From: Dehalococcoidia bacterium
Lineage (GTDB): Bacteria > Chloroflexota > Dehalococcoidia > Lucifugimonadales > Australimonadaceae
Assembly: GCA_034423175.1 (NCBI GenBank)
Contig: DAOUJA010000034.1
Span: forward strand, 6,379 to 70,378
Reading direction: 5' to 3'
DNA length: 64,000 nt
A program made the position numbers and the translations under genes. The notes below the pieces were generated by a model. The model was not told the origin of the DNA, made no database searches, and saw nothing but the letters and a program-made list of their open reading frames with translations. Within the stretch, counting starts at the first letter, position 1. The number at the start of each line of letters is the position of its first letter. This document shows, one piece after another, positions 17,726 to 30,376 of this stretch.

Positions 17726-17734
17726 TGGTATACT
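17726..17734 (+). promoter_or_regulatory. Candidate extended -10 promoter element (TGgTATACT)
   Basis: tggtatact lies 36 nt upstream of the 17770 start, in an otherwise GC-rich intergenic region. Confidence 0.35.
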
Positions 17735-17769
17735 CGTCGAGACTCGTGAGAGAGAGAGCAGGAGCCTGA

Positions 17770-18747
17770 ATGAGCGTGGTGCAGGTAGTGGGCGCGGGGC
17801 CCGGCGCGGGTGCGACGACAGTCGCCTGCGGGCTGGCGTCGCTGCTGCGGTCGCAGGGGAAGCGCGTGACGCTCGTGAAGCCGCTGTCGCGCCCCGGTGA
17901 CGCGGACCCCGCGTTCCTGGCGTCGCTGGGCGGCTCCGCCGAGACGGTGGAGGTCGAGGGCGCCGCGTCGGCGGAGCAGGTAGCGCAGGCGGCCCGCATC
18001 GTGCAGGGCGCCGCATCGGGCGCCGACGTGGTGCTGGTGGAGGGCCCGCCCCTGGGGGCGGACGGAGCGTCGGAGCTGGCGCGGAGCGCGGACGCGGCGG
18101 TGGTCGCCGTGCTGGAGTACGAGCGAATGCTCGGCGCAGGGGCCTGCGGGGCGTGGCACGACGCGTTCGGCGACGCGCTCGCGGGCTGCGTCGTGAACAA
18201 GCGCACGCGATATGCGGAGCACGACGCCTCGGCCCGGCTCACGGCGGAGCTCGAGGACGCGGGGCTGCCCGTCCTCGGCGTGCTGCCGGAGGAGCGGCTG
18301 CTGCTCGCGCCGACGGTGCAGCAGGCGGCGGAGCACCTGGGCGGCACGTACTTCGCGGGCGAGGAAGGCGGCGGCGAGCTGATCGAGCACTTCCTCATCG
18401 GCGGCCTCATCACGGAGTGGGGCGGCAACTACTTCGGGCGGCTGCCGAACCAGGCGGTCGTCGTACGCGGCGGGCGGATAGACATCCAGATGAGCGCGCT
18501 CAACTTTCCGCTGAACGCGCTCTTCCTGACGGGGTGCGAGACGCCGTCGCAGTACGTCTACCAGCGCGCGGACGACCTTGACGTGCCGCTCATCGCGGTG
18601 GGGGGCAACACGCACGAGACCGCGGCGGCGCTGGAGTTGCTGAGCGATGCGGTGGGCATCCACCACGCGGCGAAGGCGGAGCGCGCCGGTGCGATGGCGC
18701 GGGAGTGCGTCGACGCGTCGGCGCTGATTGCGGCGCTCGGAGGCTGA
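17770..18747 (+). CDS. Pta N-terminal-like protein (BioD-like P-loop plus DRTGG domain), without a phosphotransacetylase catalytic domain
   Basis: N-terminal VVGAGPGAGATTVACGLA. C-terminal ...VVVRGGRIDIQMSALNFPLNALFLTG...DVPLIAVGGNTHE is DRTGG-like. Confidence 0.65.
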   Translation: MSVVQVVGAGPGAGATTVACGLASLLRSQGKRVTLVKPLSRPGDADPAFLASLGGSAETVEVEGAASAEQVAQAARIVQGAASGADVVLVEGPPLGADGASELARSADAAVVAVLEYERMLGAGACGAWHDAFGDALAGCVVNKRTRYAEHDASARLTAELEDAGLPVLGVLPEERLLLAPTVQQAAEHLGGTYFAGEEGGGELIEHFLIGGLITEWGGNYFGRLPNQAVVVRGGRIDIQMSALNFPLNALFLTGCETPSQYVYQRADDLDVPLIAVGGNTHETAAALELLSDAVGIHHAAKAERAGAMARECVDASALIAALGG

Positions 18748-18750
18748 GGC

Positions 18751-19440
18751 GTGGCGCTGATCGGCGTAACGGCGTCCAACGGCAGCAGCGCGGGCAGGTA
18801 CGTAGCCTCGCTCGAGTCGCGCGGGGCACAGGCGCGGGTGCTGACGCCAGAGCGGTTCACCTCCACAGAAGAGGCTATGGACGGCGTGTCCGGGCTGCTG
18901 CTGACCGGCGGAGGCGACGTCGACCCCGCCCTCTACGGCGAGACGCCGGACGGGGCTATGGGCATCGAGCCTGAGCGCGACGAGATGGAGATGGCGCTGT
19001 TCCGCTACGCGGTGCAGGAGGACATGCCGACACTGGGGATATGCCGCGGCATGCAGCTCATCAACGTGGCGATGGGCGGCAGGCTCATCCAGGACCTGCC
19101 GGGACACACGCTTCCGGAGTTCCAGTCGGCGACGCACCAGGTGTACGTATCGCCGGGGAGCCGCTTCGGCGCGATCATCGGCGCGGGAGCGATCTACCGG
19201 ACGAACAGCCGCCACCACCAGGGATTGAAGGAGGCGCAGCGCGCGCCGTGCCTGATGGCCTCGGCATACCACCCGGAGGACGGCATCGTGGAGGCGATCG
19301 AGAGTCCTGAGCATCCCTGGCTCGTAGGGGTGCAGTGCCACCCGGAGCGTGAAGACGAGGTGCCGAAGAGCTTCGGCAGGCTGTTCGCGTGGCTCGCCGG
19401 GTGGGCGGAGCGGTACGAAGCAGGAGACATGCCCCGATGA
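18751..19440 (+). CDS. Class I glutamine amidotransferase, peptidase C26 (gamma-glutamyl-GABA hydrolase-like)
   Basis: Catalytic triad context GICRGMQLINVAMGG, HHQG and GVQCHPE. Confidence 0.85.
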   Translation: MALIGVTASNGSSAGRYVASLESRGAQARVLTPERFTSTEEAMDGVSGLLLTGGGDVDPALYGETPDGAMGIEPERDEMEMALFRYAVQEDMPTLGICRGMQLINVAMGGRLIQDLPGHTLPEFQSATHQVYVSPGSRFGAIIGAGAIYRTNSRHHQGLKEAQRAPCLMASAYHPEDGIVEAIESPEHPWLVGVQCHPEREDEVPKSFGRLFAWLAGWAERYEAGDMPR

Positions 19441-19967
19441 GACGGCGGAACGTTCAGCCACAGCAGCAGTTGGACCCCTCCGGGGAGTGCCGCCACCTGT
19501 ACCTGACGCGCGACGCGACCTGCGTGCACTGCGGGATGCAGTTCCGGCTCGCTTGGGCGTCCGAGCGGCGGGACCTCGTCAAGCCGACGACGCGCAACGT
19601 GGTCATCGCGGTGGTTGCGGTGCTCCTGATGGTGCCGGCGCAGGCGTTCCCGATAGGAGGCACCTCCCTGCTGGCGTCCGTGTTCCTGGTGATAGCGGTG
19701 TACTTCTTCACGCGAACGCTCCTCGGGGGGTTCGAGTTGTACGCGCGGCACGGCTTCGTCCCGGGCAAGCTGGGGCCCATCCTTCGGCGGCACCCGCTCA
19801 ACCCGCTGCCGCCGAAGCCGTACGTGACGGCGCTGGGGCGCGTCCGCTTCCCGATAGACCTCGCGGTGTACCGGCTGTTCCAGGAGGGCGACACGCTGCT
19901 CATCGAACACCTGAGGTGGTCGCGGGTGCCGGTGGCGATCTACAAGGGGCATCCGGCGGGCTCGTAG
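19437..19967 (+). CDS. Hypothetical membrane protein with an N-terminal Cys cluster
   Basis: ATGA overlap with the upstream gene. Contains ECRHLYLTRDATCVHCG followed by two TM segments. No family recognised. Confidence 0.5.
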   Translation: MRRRNVQPQQQLDPSGECRHLYLTRDATCVHCGMQFRLAWASERRDLVKPTTRNVVIAVVAVLLMVPAQAFPIGGTSLLASVFLVIAVYFFTRTLLGGFELYARHGFVPGKLGPILRRHPLNPLPPKPYVTALGRVRFPIDLAVYRLFQEGDTLLIEHLRWSRVPVAIYKGHPAGS

Positions 19968-20004
19968 GGGCGTCAAGGAAGCGCAAACAGCCGTCACGGG
20001 GTTG

Positions 20005-20033
20005 TTGGGCAACGGGGTTGCGCCTGCTATAAT
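20005..20033 (+). promoter_or_regulatory. Candidate sigma-70-type promoter for gyrA (TTGGGC-17 nt-TATAAT)
   Basis: ttgggc at 20005-20010 and a perfect tataat at 20028-20033, about 100 nt upstream of the gyrA ATG. Confidence 0.45.
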
Positions 20034-20132
20034 GGCTGGACTATCCCGGCATATATTGGGAAGCGACAGTCCTCCGCCCACCACATGTAGTGGTTGTGGC
20101 GGCGTCTCCCCGGTCAGCGCGAAAGGAGCGGT

Positions 20133-23051
<2,919 letters not shown>

Positions 23052-23080
23052 ATTCGCGCCCCGCCAACCCTCACCCCTGA

Positions 23081-23106
23081 CCCCTCTCCCGCCATCGGGA
23101 GAGGGG
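23081..23106. terminator. Perfect 10-bp stem hairpin between the convergent gyrA and oxidoreductase genes (terminator-like or REP)
   Basis: cccctctccc-gccatc-gggagagggg. There is no clear U-tract. Confidence 0.4.
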
Positions 23107-23165
23107 GAACCGAAGGCGAGGTGTCCTGCTTCTGCGGGAACGACGAGGACACCCACCCGAAGGGA

Positions 23166-24548
23166 CTAGGCTTTCCTGAAGCGGCAGCCGTAGAGGATGC
23201 TGCCGTAGTAGTTGAAGGACCGCTTCGCCGCGGGGTCGTCGAAGGGGTAGTCGGCGCCGAGTTGCCGCGCGGCGGCAAGGCCGGTGACGAAGCAGGTCTC
23301 CTGGCTGTTGACCAGCGTGTGCGCGCCGCAGTGCCACGTCCGCCGCTTGCCCTGGATGCAGCGGAAGAGGCTGACGAGCAATACGACGTGGCGCACGTCG
23401 TGCACGACGTGCTGGAACCACCAACGCTTGACCACCTTGCTCTCGTCTATGGGCGTGACGGGGTTGTAGGTCACCAGGCAGGGCTTGTCCGACCGGTGAG
23501 CCCATGGCTGCTGGTTGTGCATGATGTACGTGATCTCGTAGTTGTCCGGCCTCGCGCCGTACTGCTCGACGTGGTTGCTCCGAGTGGCCAGGGGCTGCAC
23601 CTCGTTCTCCGGGAGGACCGAGTCGTCGTAGTGGACGACGGTGTGGTTGTGGAGCTCGCTCTCGTAGCGCACCGACGAGAGGATGAAGCGCTCGAGCAGC
23701 GTCGGCTCATCCAGCAGCATCAGCGTCTGGTTGGCGTTGCAGGCGAGGACGACGTCGTCGAACGTCTCCCGCACGCCTTCCGAGTCCTCGACGATGACGC
23801 AGGCCGCCTCCCGGTAGACCTTCCGGACGGGCCTGCTGAGGTAGATCCTGTCGCGGAAGCCCACGGTGAGGTTCTCGTAGATGCGCCGCGTCCCCTGGTC
23901 CCACGTCCACATAGGCGTGGCCTTCTCGATGTCGAAGAAGTCCAGGTACCGGGCGAAGAGCGCCGCGGGCATGTCGAACACGTTGGTCGCCATGAGGAAG
24001 TTGACGAACATGGGTTTCAGCACCTTGTAGCGGAAGTCACCCGAGAACCCGCCGAGGTTCAGGAGCGTCCCCATGCTGACGTAGTTGAAGGGGTTGAGGG
24101 CGTTCAGGAACTTCGACTGGGTGCGGCTGAGCCATCCGATCCGGTGCAGGCGTCCCAGAAGCTTCTGGAACTTCGCGATCTCGGCCTGCAGTTGCTCTCT
24201 GACGTCGGAGTCGAAGTCGTGGGCGTAGACCTGATCGCCATACCTGACGCTGTAGTTGAAGCGGGTATCGAGGAGCTCGATGCCGAACCTCTCGAGCAGC
24301 AGCAACACATGGTTGTAGACGGACGGGATGCAGGCGGTGACAGAGATATCGAAGGGGATGGAGGTGCCGTCGTCCTGCGGCATGTCTACCGTGACGGCGT
24401 TGCCGCCGACACGGTCCTGGGCCTCGTACAGCCTGAAATCGAATCGGTCCGGGTGGTGATGGAGCGCCCACGCGGCAGCCAGTCCCGAGATGCCTCCGCC
24501 CACGATGGCGACCCGCCGGGGCGCCGTCCCTGTCTGTCCAGTTGCCAT
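23166..24548 (-). CDS. FAD/NAD(P)-binding oxidoreductase (amine-oxidase-like)
   Basis: N-terminal dinucleotide fold VAIVGGGISGLAAAW...YEAQDRVGGN. 460 aa. Confidence 0.8.
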   Translation of the reverse strand: MATGQTGTAPRRVAIVGGGISGLAAAWALHHHPDRFDFRLYEAQDRVGGNAVTVDMPQDDGTSIPFDISVTACIPSVYNHVLLLLERFGIELLDTRFNYSVRYGDQVYAHDFDSDVREQLQAEIAKFQKLLGRLHRIGWLSRTQSKFLNALNPFNYVSMGTLLNLGGFSGDFRYKVLKPMFVNFLMATNVFDMPAALFARYLDFFDIEKATPMWTWDQGTRRIYENLTVGFRDRIYLSRPVRKVYREAACVIVEDSEGVRETFDDVVLACNANQTLMLLDEPTLLERFILSSVRYESELHNHTVVHYDDSVLPENEVQPLATRSNHVEQYGARPDNYEITYIMHNQQPWAHRSDKPCLVTYNPVTPIDESKVVKRWWFQHVVHDVRHVVLLVSLFRCIQGKRRTWHCGAHTLVNSQETCFVTGLAAARQLGADYPFDDPAAKRSFNYYGSILYGCRFRKA

Positions 24549-24591
24549 GGCCTCCTGCTCCCGGAGATGAGAGAGGGCGTATTCTAACCGC

Positions 24592-24597
24592 TATAAT
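24592..24597 (+). promoter_or_regulatory. Candidate -10 box (TATAAT) upstream of thrB
   Basis: A perfect tataat 34 nt upstream of ATG 24631. No good -35 element was seen. Confidence 0.3.
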
Positions 24598-24630
24598 CGT
24601 GAGGCAGCCGCACACGGCGCGCCCGCTTCC

Positions 24631-25560
24631 ATGTCAGACGTACTCACCATCCGCGTTCCCGCGACGACAGCGAACCTCGGCCCAGGCTTCGATTGCCTCG
24701 GCATGGCGCTGTCGCTGTGGAACACGATGCGGGTCGGGTGGGCCGACAAGCCGACGCTCAGCCTGCACGGGCTTGGCGCGGAGCACCTGCGGCGCGACCC
24801 CGGCAACCTGATGTACCGCTCAGCCGAGCGCGTACTCATCGAGACGGGCAACGCGGACCGCAGCCTGTCCATAGAGGCGTGGCAGGAGATTCCGCTCAGC
24901 CGAGGGCTCGGCAGCAGCTCAGCCGCCATCGTGGGCGGCATCTACGCCGCGAACGCCCTGCTCGGCTACCCGCTCTCGCCGCACCGGCTGCTGGAGCTGG
25001 CAACGGAGATCGAAGGGCACCCGGACAACGTTGCGCCCGCGCTGATGGGCGGCATGAGCATCGTCGTGGCGGACGGCCAGACCGTGCACGCCGCTCCGGC
25101 GCCGGTGCCCGGGGACCTGCAGTGCGTCGTCTACATCCCCGACAAGCCGATGGCGACGCACGAGGCGCGGAGCGTGCTGGGAGCTGAGGTACCGCGCGCC
25201 GACGCGGTATTCAACGCGGGCCGCACCGCGTTGCTGGTCGCGAGCCTCGTGCTCGACCGGCCGGAGTACCTGCGGCTGGCGACGCAGGACCGGCTGCACC
25301 AGCCGCAGCGCCAGCAGGTGTACCGGCAGATGAAGGTGATCTTCGACCATGCGCTGGCGGCCGGCGCGAGGGGAGTCTTTCTCTCAGGCGCGGGGTCGTC
25401 CGTGGTCGCGTTCACGAAGCAAGGTGAGAACCGGGCGTTCACCATCGGCTACGAGATGGCGGACGCGGGGGACAAGTCAGGCCTGACCGGCACCTTCCAG
25501 GTGCTGAAACCGGCGCGGGGCGGCGCCGAAGTGATACCGCACCCCAAGGGGTTGGAGTAG
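24631..25560 (+). CDS. thrB: Homoserine kinase
   Basis: VPATTANLGPGFDCLG and the GHMP-kinase motif PLSRGLGSSSAAIVGG. Confidence 0.9.
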   Translation: MSDVLTIRVPATTANLGPGFDCLGMALSLWNTMRVGWADKPTLSLHGLGAEHLRRDPGNLMYRSAERVLIETGNADRSLSIEAWQEIPLSRGLGSSSAAIVGGIYAANALLGYPLSPHRLLELATEIEGHPDNVAPALMGGMSIVVADGQTVHAAPAPVPGDLQCVVYIPDKPMATHEARSVLGAEVPRADAVFNAGRTALLVASLVLDRPEYLRLATQDRLHQPQRQQVYRQMKVIFDHALAAGARGVFLSGAGSSVVAFTKQGENRAFTIGYEMADAGDKSGLTGTFQVLKPARGGAEVIPHPKGLE

Positions 25561-26805
25561 ATGGCCGTCCTGGTGCAGAAATACGGCGGGACATCCGTCG
25601 GCGACGCGGAGAAGATACGGCACGTGGCGGAGCGCATCGCCGCGGCGCGCCGCGCGGGCAACAGCATCGCGGTCGTCGTGTCGGCGATGGGTGACACGAC
25701 CGACCGGCTCATCGAACTGGCGGAGTCCATCAGCGCCGCGCCTGACCCTCGCGAGCTGGACGTGCTGCTCTCGACGGGAGAGCTGGTCTCCTGCACGCTC
25801 GTCACGATGGCGCTCCGGGAGATAGGCGAAGCAGCCGTGAGCATGAGCGGGGCACAGGCGGGGATCCGCACGGACACGGCGCACGGGAGCGCCTCCATCG
25901 TGGAGTTCGACGCGGAGCGGGTGCAGCAGGCGCTGGACGCGGGGCGCATCGTCATCGTCGCGGGGTTCCAGGGCGTCACGCACGAGATGGACGTGACGAC
26001 GCTGGGTCGCGGAGGGTCGGACACGACGGCTGTCGCGCTCGCAGCGGCGCTGGGGGCGGAGCGTTGCGAGGTGTACACGGACGTGGACGGCATCTATACC
26101 GCGGACCCGCGCATCGTGCCCGACGCCCGCAAGCTGGAGGAGATCGGTTACGAGGAGATGCTGGAACTGGCGAGCTACGGCGCGAAGATGCACCCGCGCT
26201 CGATAGAGCTGGCGGCGTGGTACAACACGCCCGTTCTGGTGGCGTCGAGCGCGCGGGACGTGCCCGGCACGCTGATCCACGACACGGCGCCAGCGGGGGC
26301 TGGTGGGCCGGAAGGAGCAGGGATGGAAGTCGCGAACAAAGTGCGGGGAGTGACCTACGAGCGCGGCGTCGCGCGCATCACGCTGCGCGCCGTGCCTGAC
26401 CGCCCCGGCATCGCCGCCGCGGTCTTCGAGCCGCTTGCGGCTGCCAACGTCAGTGTGGACACCATCGTCCAGAACGCGAGCGCGGAGCGGCTGACGGACC
26501 TGTCGTTCACGGTGGACCGGGGCGACCTGCGCACCGCACTCCAGGTGACGGAGGGGGTTGCGGGGACGATAGGCGCGGCTGAGTGCGTCTCGCACGATAA
26601 CCTGGGGCAGGTGAGCATCGTGGGCACGGGCATGCAGAACGCTCCGGGGGTTGCCGCGGTGATGTTCTCCGCGCTCGCCGAAGCGGGCGTGAACATCGAG
26701 ATGATCACGACGTCGCAGATACGGATCACGTGCGTGGTGGACGAGGAGCAGGTGAACGACGCCGTCCGCACGCTGCACGCGGCGTTCGAGTTGGCAGAGG
26801 GGTAA
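25561..26805 (+). CDS. lysC: Aspartate kinase (with C-terminal ACT domains)
   Basis: MAVLVQKYGGTSVGD..., VVSAMGDTTD and GRGGSDTTAVALA. It starts immediately after the thrB stop. Confidence 0.93.
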   Translation: MAVLVQKYGGTSVGDAEKIRHVAERIAAARRAGNSIAVVVSAMGDTTDRLIELAESISAAPDPRELDVLLSTGELVSCTLVTMALREIGEAAVSMSGAQAGIRTDTAHGSASIVEFDAERVQQALDAGRIVIVAGFQGVTHEMDVTTLGRGGSDTTAVALAAALGAERCEVYTDVDGIYTADPRIVPDARKLEEIGYEEMLELASYGAKMHPRSIELAAWYNTPVLVASSARDVPGTLIHDTAPAGAGGPEGAGMEVANKVRGVTYERGVARITLRAVPDRPGIAAAVFEPLAAANVSVDTIVQNASAERLTDLSFTVDRGDLRTALQVTEGVAGTIGAAECVSHDNLGQVSIVGTGMQNAPGVAAVMFSALAEAGVNIEMITTSQIRITCVVDEEQVNDAVRTLHAAFELAEG

Positions 26806-26850
26806 GGGGGGATCAGACAGGGCGCCTCACGGAGACGCCCCTACAGGGGG

Positions 26851-27045
26851 CTAGGCCGAGAGCATCCGCTTGTTCTGCATGGTGCGGAGGCAGCGCGTGC
26901 AGACGTTCATGCGCTTCGCCTTGCCGCCGATGGTGAGCATCGCGCGCTGGATGTTCGGGAAGAACCAGCGGTTGGTGTGCCGGTTGGAGTGGCTGACGTT
27001 CTTGCCGGCGCGGCGGCGGGCGCCGCAGAGTTCACAGCTGGCCAT
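26851..27045 (-). CDS. rpmB: 50S ribosomal protein L28
   Basis: MASCELCGARRRAGKNVSHSNRHTNRWFFPNIQ... (64 aa), the C-terminal part of shadow-extended ORF 26851..27594. Confidence 0.9.
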   Translation of the reverse strand: MASCELCGARRRAGKNVSHSNRHTNRWFFPNIQRAMLTIGGKAKRMNVCTRCLRTMQNKRMLSA

Positions 27046-27147
27046 GTCGCTCTCTGTCGCCGGTACGCACCGGCGGGGTAGAATGCACGCACTCGAAAGA
27101 GTGCGCAGACGCAAAGTATAGCACGCCTCCACGCCCGTTGCGAACCG

Positions 27148-28803
27148 ATGAGCCCAGACGCACGCCAAACCTTCGACGCCCAGGACTTCCGGCAACTGGT
27201 GCTCTCCGGCGCGGGCTGCCTGGAAGCGAACGTCGACGCCATCAACGCGCTCAACGTCTTCCCGGTGCCCGACGGCGACACGGGCATCAACATGCTGCTG
27301 ACGCTGCGCGCCGCGACGACTGCCGAGCTGCCGGACACGGCGTCCGCAACCGTGGGGCTGATGAGCAGCGCGCTCGCGCGCGGGGCGCTGCTCGGCGCCC
27401 GGGGGAACAGCGGGGTCATCTTCTCCCAGTTCATGAAGGGGCTCGCCAGCGGGTTCGCGGAGTGCGAGCACGCCGACGGTGCGGCGTTCGCCGCGGCGCT
27501 GAGGTCCGCGTCGGACGCGGGCTACCAGGCGGTCGGGAACCCGGTTGAGGGCACGATGCTGAGCGTGATGCGGGCGGCGGCGGAGGCGGTGCACCCGCCG
27601 GACGGCACCCCGAACGCGCTGGACGTGCTGCGCGCCGCCTATGAGGCTGCCGAGCGCGCGCTGGCGTACACGCCGGAGCAGTTGCCCGTGCTGAAGCAGG
27701 CCGGCGTCGTGGACGCGGGCGGTCAGGGAGTCGTGGCCTTCCTCGCGGGGATGGTCAGCTTCGTGAGCGAGGAAGCGATCGAGCTACGCATCACGGCGCC
27801 CGAGGGCGGATTGGAGAGCGCGGCCGCGAACGTGAACCACGAGTTCCTGGAGCACACGGAAGAGGAGATGTACGGCTACTGCACGCAGTTCATCGTGCAG
27901 GGAGAGGGGCTCGACCCGGACGCGGTGCGCGAGCGCGTGATGGCGATGGCGGCGTCGACGGTCGTGGTCGGCGACGACCGGGTCGTGCGGGTGCACGCAC
28001 ACGCGGAGGACCCCGGGCCGCTGCTGAGCATTGGCGCGGCACTCGGCGCGCTCGACCAGATCAACATCCAGAACATGGACCTGCAGCACCAGGAGTTCAT
28101 GTCGCTTCACGGGTACGGCGAGGATGCACAAGAGCAGGCGGAGGCCACGGAGCTCGCGGTCATCCCGGTTGCGCCCGGCGAGGGCATCGCACGCGTGTTC
28201 CGCAGCCTCGGAGCGTCGGCGACGGTGTCAGGCGGTCAGACGATGAACCCGAGCGCGGCTGACATCATCGCCGCAGTGCAGAAGACGAACGCCGCGTTCA
28301 CCATCGTGCTGCCCAACAACAAGAACATCGTGCTCGCGGCGGAGCAGGCCGCCGAACTCTCGGAGTCGCCCATCGCGGTCGTGCCGTCGCGCAACGTTCC
28401 GCAGGGCATGGCTGCGATGCTGGCGTTCAATCCCGACCTGACGGGCGAGGAGAACGCCGAGGCGATGCGAGGCGCCCTCAACAGCGTGCGGTCAGGCGAG
28501 GTGACGACGGCGGTGCGCTCCACCACAATAGACGGCGTGGACGTCCAGGAGGGACAAGCGATAGCCATACTCGACGGCGTGCTCGCCGCGGCTGCGGAGG
28601 CGCCCAATGAAGCCCTCGCTGCGATGCTGGATGCCGCGGAACTCGAAGACGGCGCGCTGGTCACCCTCTTCTACGGCGCGGGACTGGCTGTGGAAGCGGC
28701 AGAGGAAGCCGCTGCCGCCGTCGCGGAGCGCTCCGGTGACATCGAGGTGGAAGTGCACGAAGGCGGACAGCCGCACTATCATTACCTCGTCTCCATCGAA
28801 TAG
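27148..28803 (+). CDS. DAK2 domain fusion protein (YloV-like)
   Basis: N-terminal Dak2 pattern (VFPVPDGDTGINM, GARGNSGVI). 551 aa. The arrangement divergent from rpmB and upstream of degV is the classical one. Confidence 0.88.
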   Translation: MSPDARQTFDAQDFRQLVLSGAGCLEANVDAINALNVFPVPDGDTGINMLLTLRAATTAELPDTASATVGLMSSALARGALLGARGNSGVIFSQFMKGLASGFAECEHADGAAFAAALRSASDAGYQAVGNPVEGTMLSVMRAAAEAVHPPDGTPNALDVLRAAYEAAERALAYTPEQLPVLKQAGVVDAGGQGVVAFLAGMVSFVSEEAIELRITAPEGGLESAAANVNHEFLEHTEEEMYGYCTQFIVQGEGLDPDAVRERVMAMAASTVVVGDDRVVRVHAHAEDPGPLLSIGAALGALDQINIQNMDLQHQEFMSLHGYGEDAQEQAEATELAVIPVAPGEGIARVFRSLGASATVSGGQTMNPSAADIIAAVQKTNAAFTIVLPNNKNIVLAAEQAAELSESPIAVVPSRNVPQGMAAMLAFNPDLTGEENAEAMRGALNSVRSGEVTTAVRSTTIDGVDVQEGQAIAILDGVLAAAAEAPNEALAAMLDAAELEDGALVTLFYGAGLAVEAAEEAAAAVAERSGDIEVEVHEGGQPHYHYLVSIE

Positions 28804-28823
28804 AGACGGTAAAGGGGGCAGGC

Positions 28824-29657
28824 ATGGCGGTAAAGGTCGTCACGGACAGCGCATCGGACATACCGGCGGAAGTCGCCGAGGAGCTCGGCATCTCCGTCGT
28901 GCCCTGCACGATCTTCTTCGGGGCTGATGCGTTCAAGGACGGCGTGGAGATCACCAAGGAGGAGTTCTTCGAGCGGCTGACCTCGGGCGGCGTCATGCCC
29001 ACGACGACGCAGCCCTCCGTAGGGGACTTCCTGGAGGTCTACAAGCCCCTGGCGGAGGCGGGGGACGACATCGTGTCGGTGCACGTGTCGGGCAAGCTGA
29101 GCGGGACGGTCAACTCGGCGCGACTCGCAGCCGAGGAGCTGCAAGGGACCACGGTGGAGATCGTGGACACGGAGCTCGCGTCCATGGGCGTCGCACTCGC
29201 GGCGAAGGCCGCGCTGGACGCCGCCGCCGGAGGCGGGGACGCCGCCGCCGCCGCCCAGGCCGCCCGCGATGCGGCGGCCAATACGGAAGTGATGTTCGTG
29301 CTCGACACGCTGGAGTACCTGAAGCGCGGAGGGCGCATCGGGAGCGCGCAGGCGCTGCTGGGGTCGCTGCTGTCCATGAAGCCGATACTGAAGCTGACGG
29401 ACGGCGAGGTGCACCCGCATGAGAAGGTGCGCACGAAGGGCAAGGCCGTGCAGCGCATGCGCGAGATCGTTGCGTCGGGCGGGCCGTACCGCGAGGCAGC
29501 GGTGATGCACCGCGTTACGGACGAGGAGGCCGGATCGATAAGCGACCACATCGCCCAGTTCACGGCGAACCCGGTACTGAGCGGTTCCATCGGGGCTTCG
29601 GTGGGGGCGCACACAGGCCCCGGCGTGATCGGTTTCGCTGTACGGAAAGAGGGGTAG
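28824..29657 (+). CDS. DegV family fatty-acid-binding protein
   Basis: VKVVTDSASDIP...MPTTTQPS...LEYLKRGGRIG. Confidence 0.88.
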   Translation: MAVKVVTDSASDIPAEVAEELGISVVPCTIFFGADAFKDGVEITKEEFFERLTSGGVMPTTTQPSVGDFLEVYKPLAEAGDDIVSVHVSGKLSGTVNSARLAAEELQGTTVEIVDTELASMGVALAAKAALDAAAGGGDAAAAAQAARDAAANTEVMFVLDTLEYLKRGGRIGSAQALLGSLLSMKPILKLTDGEVHPHEKVRTKGKAVQRMREIVASGGPYREAAVMHRVTDEEAGSISDHIAQFTANPVLSGSIGASVGAHTGPGVIGFAVRKEG

Positions 29658-29701
29658 GGTCGGGGCGCCAGGCGCCAGCGACTCAGGGAGGACTCACCTT
29701 C

Positions 29702-30376
29702 GTGTCAAGGCTCGCAACCAAGAGCATGGTGTTCGAGGGCATCTACGACGTGCCTGAGGCGGCGCGCATACTCAAGGCCGCGCAAGACTCGGACGTCCTC
29801 TACCCTGTCGCTCCCCCCAAGCTCATCCGCTGGATACGCATGGGGATAACCGATCCAGACCTTGCCGACGTCCCCGGACGCGAGTTGCTCATCGCCTTTG
29901 AAGACCTCGTTTCTCTCCGAATCGTCGCAGCATTGCGCGCGGCTGGGGTAGGTTTCTCCCGCATCCATGCTGCGGAATACAAGTTGCGAGAACTGACAGG
30001 TCACCGGCGACCGTTCGCTACCGAGTCGCTCTGGACGGACACGTCAGATGTGTTCACCTGTTTCCGGGGCATACTCCTCGCGGCAAGTCGAGGTGGGCAG
30101 TTAGCTTTGCGCCTAGTGGAAGAACACCTAATCCCTGTCCACGGGCTCGACTTCGCTGAAGGAATCGCTTCCTCATGGAATCCCGTCAGCTTCGTCGTAA
30201 TGCGCCCGGACGTGCAGTTCGGAGCGCCGTGCGTGGATGGAACGCGCATTCCTACGAAGGCGCTGTGGAATTCTTGGCGCGGAGGAGACTCGATGGAACT
30301 GCTGAGCGCCAGTTATGGCTTGTCCATCGAAGAAATCGAGGCCGCCGTCTCTTGGGAGGAGCGGTTAGCTGCCTGA
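29702..30376 (+). CDS. DUF433 domain protein, long form (putative antitoxin)
   Basis: C-terminal QFGAPCVDGTRIPTKALWNSWRGGDSMELLSASYGLSIEEIEAAVSW fits the DUF433 pattern. It carries an extra ~150-aa N-terminal region. Confidence 0.7.
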   Translation: MSRLATKSMVFEGIYDVPEAARILKAAQDSDVLYPVAPPKLIRWIRMGITDPDLADVPGRELLIAFEDLVSLRIVAALRAAGVGFSRIHAAEYKLRELTGHRRPFATESLWTDTSDVFTCFRGILLAASRGGQLALRLVEEHLIPVHGLDFAEGIASSWNPVSFVVMRPDVQFGAPCVDGTRIPTKALWNSWRGGDSMELLSASYGLSIEEIEAAVSWEERLAA